NCBI RefSeq assembly: GCF_001194135.2
Contig: NC_068991.1
Location: 9,671,153 to 9,735,152, forward strand
From: Octopus bimaculoides
Taxonomy: Eukaryota
Direction: 5' to 3'
Length of the DNA: 64,000 nucleotides
The notes below the pieces were generated by a model. It ran no database searches, was not told the DNA's origin, and saw nothing but the letters and a program-made list of their open reading frames with translations. Shown one piece after another: positions 12,585 to 24,412 of the stretch. A program made the translations under genes and the position numbers. The first letter of the stretch is position 1. Each line of letters opens with the position of its first letter.

Positions 12585-12655
12585 TTGAAAGCGCGCGTTG
12601 CGTAGTTTCCCGCCATATCTAACGAGCTACGCATGCGCGCCGTTTATAGACAGTC
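12585..12655 (+). promoter_or_regulatory. Probable ADSS core promoter: CpG-dense, TATA-less, with E2F-type and NRF-1-like motifs
   Basis: GCGCGCG at 12591-12597, TTTCCCGCCA at 12606-12615, TACGCATGCGCG at 12628-12639, all directly before the ATG. Function is inferred. Confidence 0.55.
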
Positions 12656-12907
12656 ATGGAGCTAGATAGAGCTAAGGTGAACTCGAGCTTCAATAAGGTA
12701 GCGGACACGAACGGAGGGACATCACAAGCAGCCGAGTTCAATGGAGACGTAGATTGCCTGCAGCAGCAGCAGACGAAGACTAAGAAAGCGAAGATGACCA
12801 ACGAAGACGTGGTCACTGTTGTTGTAGGAACGCAATGGGGAGATGAAGGAAAGGGAAAAGTGGTCGACATCCTTGCTATGTCGGCCGATGTGGTGTGTCG
12901 TTGTCAG
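12656..12907 (+). CDS. ADSS: ADSS exon 1 (252 nt): N-terminal extension plus P-loop [16 protein letters not shown]...CRCQ
   Basis: ATG in gtcATGG context; P-loop signature; donor CAG|GTAAGT at 12908, phase 0. Confidence 0.96.
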
Positions 12908-13486
12908 GTAAGTGTCATCATCGTTAAACCATTATATTTGTTACTACTGACAAATAACCTTCCTTCCTTCCATCACGTCCGGCACGTCTTCTCTTTACAC
13001 ATTCTACTTGGGCTTTTGTATATTTCCCACGAAGGAGCGAACTTCTAAACAGATATTAGATCGGCTAGAAATAACAGCCAAATCTCGCATCTCAGTCTAC
13101 TACTTATTATCTTCATGAAACAAGGACACATTGGATAATGTAATGTCAGATACATTATGTATACTATATATATAGATATAGATATAGCACGTGTTCGATC
13201 CGTTAGAAGTAGTAGCCAACTCTTAGATTTCAATTCCCTCCACCACTCTTCATTGAGGAAGCGAAGACACATTGGATGATAGATTTTCCAAAAGTGTAAG
13301 AAGACGTTTGCGATGGCTGGAATGCTTTTTATCATAAGTCTACTCAGTGTTTGCCTGAACTAAACAGCTTTATTAGCCCCCCCCCCCACGTATTATATAT
13401 TCACCTCTGACTGGAAACAGAAAAATGGATTGTCATGCTGCGAGTCATTTGATCACAGATCTGCTGATCTAATAAAAAAAATCTCC

Positions 13487-13520
<34 letters not shown>

Positions 13521-13557
13521 GTATATATATNNNNNNNNNNNNNNNNNNNNNNNNNNN

Positions 13558-13598
<41 letters not shown>

Positions 13599-16500
13599 AA
13601 GATAGGGTAAATTTTTACCGAAGATAAATTTATATGTATGTGTGTGAGTGGTCTATTGCAATATTCATATTTAGTAATCATTGTTAGCGCGATGTGGTTT
13701 TCCAAAATCAGCGTTTGGATATTTGTTTTGGCTCTTTACTTTCTCAGTTCAGATCATGCTGAGGTCAACTTCATTCTTCACCCAAACGATAAAATATTGT
13801 AATATTAAAGTACTAGGGGCGTTTGAAATATTTGGCTGCTGATCCTTTCTAAAAGTACATTAAGCTCGTAATGGTTGTATAACGGATCCCAAATCCTTAT
13901 CCAATTACGAGCGAAGAAATATACAAGTTGTAGTATACTGTCGTCACATCAATAATGGCATATTACTTTCTATTCAACACTCACCCATTCTATCATTCAT
14001 TTGTGTTCTCTCTCACACACACACACACACATCCTATCATTCACTCATGTGCCCTTTCTAAATAGGACCCCATCAAAAATGAATCATGCTAAATAAATAG
14101 ATGTAGGTACAAGGCATGAAATTTGGTGGGAGGTGTAAGTCGATTAAATCGACTCCAGTTCTTGAAGGGTACTTTATTTTATTGGTTTTAAAAAGAGGGA
14201 AAGCAAAATTGACCTAAGCCAGACTTGAACCCCCGAATATAAAAGGCAACAAATACCACAAGGCATTTTATCCGATTTTCTAACGATTCTGACAAGCCAC
14301 CATCCTTTATAATATTAATAATATTCATCCTTTCTTTATTAGCCACTAGGGCCGACAAAAATAAGATTGGACATTACAAAACAAAGAAGAATAAGATCGA
14401 ACAATATATATATATTGGAGTGTGAGGAAGCGTTGAGAACGGTGTCGAGCGTCTTGAGTAACCAATACATAGAATAATCCATTTATGTCTCTGTTCAGTG
14501 CTAAATGCTTATATTTAATATACATACAAGGCGTACCCAATATGGGTATCCCGTACTTTAAAGCCTGAAATAAACTATACTCTATACCAAGTACTGAGTA
14601 TTCTCTTTCGTTGACAAACTGTAACATTTAAAAATTGAATATGTATGTATACACATATACACATACACCCATCTTTCTGTTAAGGTCGTTCGTTTTGTAA
14701 GTGTTTTTTTTTTTTTTTTTGGAATATACCATTTTGCACTCTTTACTCTACATTCAGTGGGTGTATTTTTAGTTGATGCTTGAATCGACAGGGATGCCCA
14801 ACAAAGCGTCATTCTTAACCTAATTAGTTATATTCCCTCTACCTTCTGAAATTGGAATTCTGTCTGAGATCGTCTTGGATTTTCATATCTATTGGTCGAT
14901 AAAATAATGCATCCGTTTTGGTCTTGAGGCGCTAAATATTAAAAACTACAATCCATCACCTAGTTTTAACTTCCTAATTACCACTGATAAATTACTAGCC
15001 CCAAACACCTGGAGTGTTTGATAAATCGCTTGTTCCCAATTCCTTCCTCAATGTGTGTGGCCTTGTGACTGTTGTTCTAAAAATCAATGTTATTTTTTAT
15101 TTTTATTTTATTACAAAGGCACTTGATTGGGCAGAATATAACAGACAAAATAACGCCTTGCAGTATTAGTTCCGGTTCTCTTAAGTTCTGAATTTAAAGT
15201 ACCAATGAAGTACGGGATCAATATAAACGATTACTTCTTTCCTAAATTTAAGAAATCGTCATTACTGCTCGTCTCTTTACTTCTGAGTTCAAATGCTTAT
15301 TGGTGAGTGAGTAGTTGGGTTGACTTCGTTAACTATCCGTCTAGTATTGTTTAATCTCTGGGTCTGTCCTAATCAAACTGGCTTATAGTCAATATCATTC
15401 TACCCATAACCATTTCATTTAGTTTCGATGACTACATAATCCTGTGTTTCTTTGAGACGGTAAGATATGATGCGAAAAAGATTGGTTGCTATTTCTTGCA
15501 GCTCGAATGGCCACGGCATTCATGCATTGTTTAACCCTAGACCAGCCTTGATTGAGTAGGCCTGTGTTGAAAGGCTTTCCAAGCCGTGATCATCTAGTTC
15601 TTTGTTTAAATGTAATGTTACCAGGACTACGTTACCCCGCTTATAAATAGATACCAGACTAATAAATATTGGATCATTTAAGAGACTTGTGATATTGTGC
15701 TTATGTTAATAACTAATATTATATATTCGTGTGTGTCGTAAACTTTCTGTACAGTAATTTGTCCTGATGTCTTTGTGGAAACGAAATCGTACTTTTATTT
15801 TTGTTGCATATCTAAATGTATGTAATCTGTGATATATGTTTGTGTGTGTAAGTATATATATATAAATAGTGTGTAGTTTATGTGTGTATGAAATAGTCAA
15901 GATACTTAGAACCAGTAATTCTACGTGTGTATTAAATAGATATCTCTGTATATCTTGCTAGTTAATCTTACAACTAGCACACATCTCGCATTTCTGGATA
16001 TCTGAGTCTTCCTCAACGTAAAGGGAGACCTCGTGCACCGCACTAAAATATATGTATGAAATGGGCGCGTACACATGCACTGTTCCACTTACGTAATGCC
16101 AACTAGTTATTGTCAGCGGATGTGTTTATGCTTTTATATAATTTACCAGATAAATCCCTACCTCTCTCATACACACACGCACATTTTTTGTTTCTCTTAT
16201 CCATCTATTCACCTGTCTCTCTATCCACCGGTATAATATCTCTACTGCTTGCTGCTTCAACCTTGTTATTTTTATGACACAAGTTTTTTTCTCCTGTCTT
16301 CCTTTTGGCTTTTTTTCCAGGGGATTTTCCAACAACCAACAACTTTTGTAGACCATTTATTTGCCCTGTGACACGTTCAAAATATCTAAGTTTTCGCTAG
16401 TCCAGTTCTGTGCCTTTTGTTTTTGTTTTTTACAAGACTCCATTCAATTCTAGTTTCGTCCCAACGCAAATTGAATTGTCCTCTTTTTCTGTCCGACTAA

Positions 16501-19500
16501 TTCTCAGAATTCTTCAACAGTACCAAAGTTGGAAACTGTCTTTTCTCTCTATCAGCTTTTTTTAAAGAGTCCAGCACATAGATTCGTGTTATTATCTATC
16601 TTTTGTTTCTTCCTTCATTCTTACCGTTCCTTCCTCTCAAGGTACATCTGAGATGCCATACTGAAGTGTCAGGTTTCGTTTCACTGCTATTTTTTAATAT
16701 ACTTGATATCTTCTGTATTGTTATTACCACTTTAGTTCAGTGTCGATGCGCCACAACTGCTTTCAGCCTACCTATTCTATTTCTCATTCATATATAACTT
16801 CTGAATGTGCGCGCGCGCGTGTATTATGTAAGAGGGGGTACTGAAAAGTTCCTGGCTTTGAGGAAAAGAAAATGCAGGTGGATCAGTTAATTATGATTTT
16901 ATTGAACATGTTTCCCTCTCAGATTCACACACTTATTGCAGCGGTCCCTCAGTTTAAATCTAAGCACTGTAAGAGAACTCGGAATGTTAGGCCTCCAACC
17001 GTGCCTTTCGCGACTCCCTCAAAACCAGGAACTTTTCAGCACCATCCCTTTCGTATATACTCGTTTTCGTGGATATTACATATGAATTTTACGTTCGAGC
17101 GAGTTTGTTGCCGGTACCGCTGGACTGGCTCCCGTGCAGGTGGGACGTAAAAAACACCATTTTGAGCGTGGCTGTTGCCAGTACCTCCTGACTGGCCTTC
17201 GTGCCAGTGGCACGTAAAGGCACCCACGACACTCTCGGAGTGGTTGGCGTTAGGAAGGGCATCCAGCTGTAGAAACTCTGCCAAATCAGATTGCAGCCTG
17301 GTGTAGCCATCTGGTTCACTAGTCCTCTGTCAAATCGTCCAACCCATGCTAACATGGAAGGTGGACGTTAAACGACGACGATGATGATGATATATGAAAT
17401 GGTCCGGACAGTAGGTGATCCAGTGTAGAGTTCATAGTTGGAATTCTGAGGTCAAATCCTGACGTTTCCAGATACAGATACACTCAAACTTGTATCTCAT
17501 CGACTCACCTGACCATGCTAACCATTCTGAAATTTGCTAGGAGGCAACATTTGGTCCTCTAACTTTATTTTCCTTTTCAAGTAAAACTTGCAAAAAATGA
17601 CCAAAGAGCAAGGTGACTGCCAATCGCATCCATCACAACCTCTTCCTCCAAAGCCACAAATCAAAAACTGCCAGCCCTTTCCAGCCAAAGGAAGTTGGCG
17701 GGACGATCTTCATTATGAATTCAGCTGATAGCCAGATCTGTCCAACACGGGATGGCAGCTGTTCGACATAACACCACAAGTGAGCAATGTGTACAAAACG
17801 GTTTCGTCTCCTGCGCGTATCTCGGGCAGGCCTGGCTTACAATATTTTCATGTCTGTAGAGTTTATCTCGGATCGGAAGTACCCCACTCATCGTAGCACT
17901 GCCAGGGATTTCTGGAGTTTATCCATAAGCTCCAGCTCGAAAGTCCTGAACAAACCGGCTGTTTGATTTCCATCGACGCTCAGAAATTCCCAGGGAACCG
18001 TAAACGCCAACGTGAAATTTCCATCTCCCGCTATTGCTCGATTGGTAGAGGGCTGTGAGCACGATAACGTTCTACTTACTAAGTGTCCTGTCTCAGTCTT
18101 CACTTGACCCAAGACTAGAGCTGTGTTAAGGAGACGAGCTGTAGGCAACTGCATCTGTTCACCGTCAAGTAATCTCTGGAGATGTCTGTTGTCGCAGCCT
18201 CAGCGCTTGCCTGTACATCATCAGCGACGGGATGCCCAGTCCTCCACGCAGTGGCTTTTGACAGCAAAAGCAGCGCCTGACCAGATTCGGTGATGATTGG
18301 AACACTGATCAACAGGTTTGCTCAGTCAAGGTTAAGCTCGATCTATAAACACTTTACACACACGCACGCGCGCAAACAAAAATACATAATAAGATTGGTT
18401 GGTTTTTGTTTTTCCGTCTCCTTTTTTAACATTTTTATACTACTTGTGAAGTATAACTTTTTATCTGACATTACTCGCGCAACACTTGTATATATAAAAA
18501 TAAAGGCATTAACGTTGAAGCAGAACTTTAATATAAACAAGTGATTCAGAAATAATAGAACAAAAATAAAAGCACTGATAGAATCTGAAGAGTAAACTTA
18601 TCAAATTACGTAAACAACATATATTATAGCCTGATCAGGGAAAACACCGTGATCTCACTGAACCATATGGTCCAATTCATGTTAGCATTAGTGATTCATA
18701 CATATGCGTACATGCGCAACCATATCTTCCTATTTAGTCTTGTATTATTTTTACACAGTGGAAGCGCAATGGCCCAGTGGTTATGGCAGCGAACTCGCGG
18801 TCATAGGATCGCGGTTTCGATTCTCAGACCAGGCGTTGTGAGTGTTTATTGAGTGAAAACACCTAAAGCCCCACGAGGCTCCGCCGGGGGATGGTGGCGA
18901 ACCCTTCTGTACTCTTTCACCACAACTTTCTCTCACTCTTACTTCCTGTTTCTGTTGTGCCTGTAATTCAAAGGGGCCAGCCTTGTCACACTGTGTCACG
19001 CTGAATATCCCCGAGAACTACGTTAAGGGTACACGTGTCTGTGGAGTGCTCAGCCACTTGCACGTTAATTTCACGAGCAGGCTGTTCCGTTGATCGGATC
19101 AACTGGAACCCTCGATGCCGTAAGTGACGGAGTGCCAACAACAACATTTTTACACATTTAGGCGGTGAGCCGGCAGAATTGTTTGCATCGGACGAAATAC
19201 TTAGTGGCATTTTTTTCCCGTCTTTGACGACTTTGTCTTTCGGAGGTCGATAAAATAAGTACCAGTCACATAATGATTTTTTTTTAATGATAAAAGACAC
19301 CCTTTTCTTTTCCCATGATTTGAAGAGGCAGCTGTACGCCCCTTGAAGACGCCATCCTCCAATTTGAAGAGTTAAAGTACAAGATAAGCTCTATAATAGA
19401 CACGAAAACGTACTTAATATCCATTCACTAAGCTGTCACCACTTTCCCCTCTCAAAATAGACAATTTTAGTACAAGTTAGCTCCTGACACGAACGCACTG

Positions 19501-22500
19501 TCAATGGATAGAATTGAGCGAAGGTCAGGAATTTAATTTCCCTGTCACTCCACGCCGTGTGAAAATTTCTGGCCATAAAACGAAAGCTTTTTTTGCTAAA
19601 CTGAAAATTTTTGGTTAATGTGAATATTATTTTATTTATTTATTTATTGTAAAAATTGTAGTTTCTGGGAAAGTGAAAGCGTTGTCAGGGTTACTTGCAA
19701 TGAAACGATGCCTGTTTGCGCTAAGCTGATATAAATACTTTTCCTAAACTGCATCCCTTGGCGAGGCTCCAGCACGAAATTCAGATACTTTGGAGGGTAT
19801 AGTTATGCTTTCGTCTCTACAACTCCCAGATCTACTCCGGCTCGGGGTGGTAGTACCTGTGAAGGGTCTCAACTAATAGCAGAAAATTGTTCTGTGGCTA
19901 AGGCATCCGGGAGTGGAGGGAGGTCTGAAGAAATTTGTTCTGTGGTTAAGAGACACTGGCTCGACGTACGATTGACTATAGATGTATATGGTTTGTGAAC
20001 ATGCCATGATATTATGTAAACCAGTACCCCCTGTCTAAGGTCTAAATAGGCCTTGTGCTTCAAAGTTTAAGCTCAGAGCAGCACGAGACGAACAGAGCAA
20101 ATAGTAAATAAGCCAATAGAAGGTAATGGGGTAACCTACTGCTGTATTTTTACCGAGAAAAATCACGTTTCTTCTGGTTCTAGCATAGACACCTAAAGAC
20201 ATGGGTGGAGAGAGAGAGAGAGAGATGTATTTTTAATATATATTCGCGAACTGAAGGCGGCGAGATGGCAGAATTGTTATTACCGTGCCAGACAAAATGC
20301 TTAACGGCATTTCGTCCGTCTTCACGTTCCAAGTTCAAATTCCGTCGAGGTCGACTTTGCTTTTCATCTTTTCGGATCGATAAGATATGTATCAGTTGAG
20401 GGCTGCGGTCAATTTAAACGACTTACTCCCTTCCACGAATTTGCTGGCCTTGTGGCAAAATTTGAAATCAATGTTTATTCGCATGTTATAAATGCAAAAC
20501 AACACCACGGAGGAGTCGACGTAAGCTTAAATAATCCTTTTTACTATAGGTACAAGGCCTGAAATTTTGGAGAAGGGCACTAGTCGATAACATCGACCCA
20601 AGTGTTTCACTGGTACTTAATTTATCGACCCTGAAAGGATGAAAGGCAAAGTCGACCTAAGCAGAATTTGAACTCAGAACGTATCGACGGGCGGAAATAT
20701 CGTTACGTATTTCGTCCCGCGTGCTAACGATTCTACCAGCTCGCTGCCTTGCATATGCTTCTATAATAAACCGCGATATGGCGAGAAATTACTGTATACC
20801 CTAGTATATATACTGATGTTTGCAAACAGTTAAAAACGGTTTTGTTTTGTCCTAGCTAAACTCCAAGCGTACTTAGCTATTCTCTTTAATTTTATTTATT
20901 CCTCAACGGAGAAGCGTTCAGTTCAGCCCTGGAAGCAGGATTTTAAATTCCCGAACCGCCTTCCTATATCCCGGTAATTATGAAACAGAGTAACCTTATC
21001 AGACGCTTTCTGTGGACATTGTAAGTAAAAAAAAAAAAAGGGATCCGAGTAGATTTCAAACAAATCGATAAATCGAAAACGAAAGTACACAAATGCTTAC
21101 TGGAATACTTGGCATTCACACAAGTTTCATTATCGAATACTTTCGGATCTTTTTTTTAAATTTTTTTATCATGTGTGTGTGGTGTACGTTACGAATGTGC
21201 CAAAGTTCTCTTATAACTTATATTATGTAATAACTGTGTTGTGTAGGAAAAGTGAAACCAAGCCAATATATCTTATAGCAGGTCCACTTTAATTCACCTT
21301 GACTGTCGCTTTTTTTTTTCTTCTTGTAATCCTTTATACGCACTCGATGTATAGACACTGTGTAACAAAAATGAATACCTTTACAAGCATATCTGTACAA
21401 GCGTACCTCACCCCCCCGGTCTTTGTTTCCTCATAAGTTTCAGAAAAATAGGTATCTTTTTATGAAATTTTCTACAAATACCTTTTTCAGATAATGCAGA
21501 CAACGATTATATCGGATTTTGTTGTGAAGAATTTTTTTTCGGAGGCGGTAGCTTCGGATAGCTCGCACGGATTCCCCATAACTTTCAGAAAAATCGGTAT
21601 TTTTTAATGAAATTTCCCACAAATGCCTTTCAGATGGTGTAGATTACAATCACCGACACACATCACATATATACAAAATGAAACTTGAACTTTTGAAAAA
21701 AATGTGACCATGTCAGTATTATATGGTTGGGCGCCCACAATTTCCCCCTCGTATTAAATTTCGATGTAATCTACGCTATCTGAAAGGTGTTTGTAGAAAA
21801 TTTCACTAAAAAAAGATACTCATTTTTTCCCTGATAGCTATGAGGTAACAAGGTAGGACGGGGGCACATTTGTGTAGGTATGTATAGGTATGGTTTTGTT
21901 CATAATGAAATGAAACCCAATCCATATGCCAGTCAATCACCAGTAACTACATTGACACCTGAACAATTGATGCATTGCCACTACATTCCCTATTAATTTA
22001 CTTGTCTCAGCATGTTTTTTTAACATAATTCTTTTTGTTCACTCAAATAACAATTGCTTTCCTGTCTTGGATTTCCACAACTAAAGACATTTCTATCACA
22101 CAACGTGGAGATTATTATCAATAGATATAACTTTGATTTAATAGTTTGCGGTTTTAATTTCCTCATTTGTATGTATTAATATAACATTGAAGTTCCTCAT
22201 TTCGTTCGTTTATTTTTCCTTTTAATAAATTAACCTGTAATTGTTCATTCAGTATCTGTTCCAGATAGAATAGACAGTCCTTATTGTCCTTCGGTCATTC
22301 GTGAATCTTTTATGGTGTGTTGAGTTTATATATTTATACATCCGTGACTATCACGTCCTTCAAAGGACAGGATAGTGACGCATGGAATGCTTTTGTTATG
22401 TATAGGACCACATATCGAACATTCCCCCCTCCCTCATTTAAAACACTTGGATGTGATTTGAGGGCGACTTTACTGCTATTTCTACCAGATTCCTCTCATT

Positions 22501-22793
22501 GACCGAGCTCTCGTTAGTCTTCAAACAGGATCGAAGTTCCAGAAAAATCTGGAATATTGAAATTTGAAGGAAACATTAAAAAAATATCATCATTGATTGG
22601 CGTGTCCTTTGAATGTCCTCTTCATCTTTTTTGTTTGTTTTACAACTGACCTGTGTGTATATGTATGTGTGTATATACGTATATATATATATATAGATAT
22701 ATAAAATAACCTTCACAGTTATCTAACCTATTAGAATTTGCGTCTGAAAGCAAACACGTGTGTGTCTTTTACACCCCCCTCGTGTTTATTATG

Positions 22794-22835
<42 letters not shown>

Positions 22836-23132
22836 GTGAGAAAGTTGGTATGTGAAAGCACGTGGTTGAATGTATAATAGATAATAAGAGTGAAAAAACT
22901 ACAGATGGCTTGTGTTACACGGTTAAAGTATATATTTAAATTATGTCAGAGAAATGTTATAAAATTTTTTTGGTATATAAACATTCAAATACAATGTTTA
23001 TATACCAAAAAAATTTTATAACATTTTTCTGACATAATTTAAATATATACTTTAACCATGTAACACAAGCCTTCTNNNNNNNNNNNNNNNNNNNNNNNNN
23101 NNNNNNNNNNNNNNNNNNNNNNNNNNNNNNNN

Positions 23133-23169
<37 letters not shown>

Positions 23170-24381
23170 TGTATCTCTCTTTCACTCTCTCTCTCTCTCT
23201 CTCTTCTCCAGCACTCTCTAACGTCTGCTGTCCTCTTCGTTGCATGGTATAACTTCCTCTGCCTAATATCATCCATCATCTTCTCTCTATCTGTCCCTTC
23301 TCTTAGAGGGGAGAATGTGTACTTACACATATTCATCTCCTTGCTGTCATTCGTTTTGCATTTTCGTGTTACACACACACATACATATACAGTATACACA
23401 CACACACACACACAGGTAGCACACTCCCATTCATCCACGCGCTCGTAATCTGGCATTTTTATAGAATAAAGTCGGAAATTATCTAATGGTCTGAAAACTG
23501 TAATTCTTCGGATGTGTTTGTTGTTAGGGGCCGTAGATTACGATTCAGAAAATAATATACAGATAATGATAATAATATTAAAATTGTAATTATGTTACGC
23601 ATATTGATCAAAATATAAACATAAAAATATCTTCGAAAGTAGGTCGAAACTAAAAAAAAATTACAAAAGCGGGGAAGAAAAAAAACCATACATCCCACTT
23701 TTTTCTTTATTTCTTTGTAAAATCATAATCTGCGACGCTTGAAACACTTTTTTTTTGTGCCCTAAATTTTCATCTGTATTCTGTAGGAATAATACTGAAA
23801 ATCTGTTATCCAGCTCCACATCACCACTTCCCAGCCTTGAAATGTCCGAATCCTGTGTTTGACAGCACAAGGCTAGATCACCGTTCTGTGTATAATTTCC
23901 TTGCTTCCGTCCTGTTTTCCGAGACATGAAGAAAGATTTATAGCCGCTGTTTTGCTCACACAAACACGTACACAACACGCATGCACATAACACAATACAC
24001 ACACACGCGTACACTCACTTATACTGTGTAACTGTGACGCACTAGCATTTCTGATACTGTATTCCATGTGATTAAATCTGCTACAGTCGTCGTCGTCGTC
24101 CACCCCCTCCGCCATCTTCCTCTTCCTAGTTGTAGCCCATCCATCTCGTCTGTCCGACAGAAGCGAAAGCAAAAAGTGAACGGCTGTTCAGATGAAAGTG
24201 AAAGAGTTGTTTTTGATAATTTTACTTTATACAAGGTTAAACGATAAATTGATATTCGTTTCTTAGTGTATAACCACTAACATTTCTGATATATATATCC
24301 AGTTTATGAGAGTAAAGTTGTACACTTCTTCTCCAGTCTGGACCCTAAGCATACCATTTGCTATAATGGTATAAGTTTCAT

Positions 24382-24412
<31 letters not shown>

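Noticed and set aside
12656-13048. 130-aa single-exon ORF as a complete protein
   Set aside because: Similarity stops at CRCQ, exactly at the GTAAGT donor; the rest is intron read-through. The same applies to ORFs running out of exons 7, 9 and 12.
18758-18835. SINE heads (A, B, C) as tRNA genes
   Set aside because: A and B boxes are present, but there is no complete cloverleaf with an acceptor stem, and each continues into a repeated SINE body and tail.
23692-23927. Third candidate minus-strand first exon ([15 protein letters not shown])
   Set aside because: Its only plausible donor (GTATGG) is phase 2, incompatible with the 20192 acceptor; no recognisable homology.
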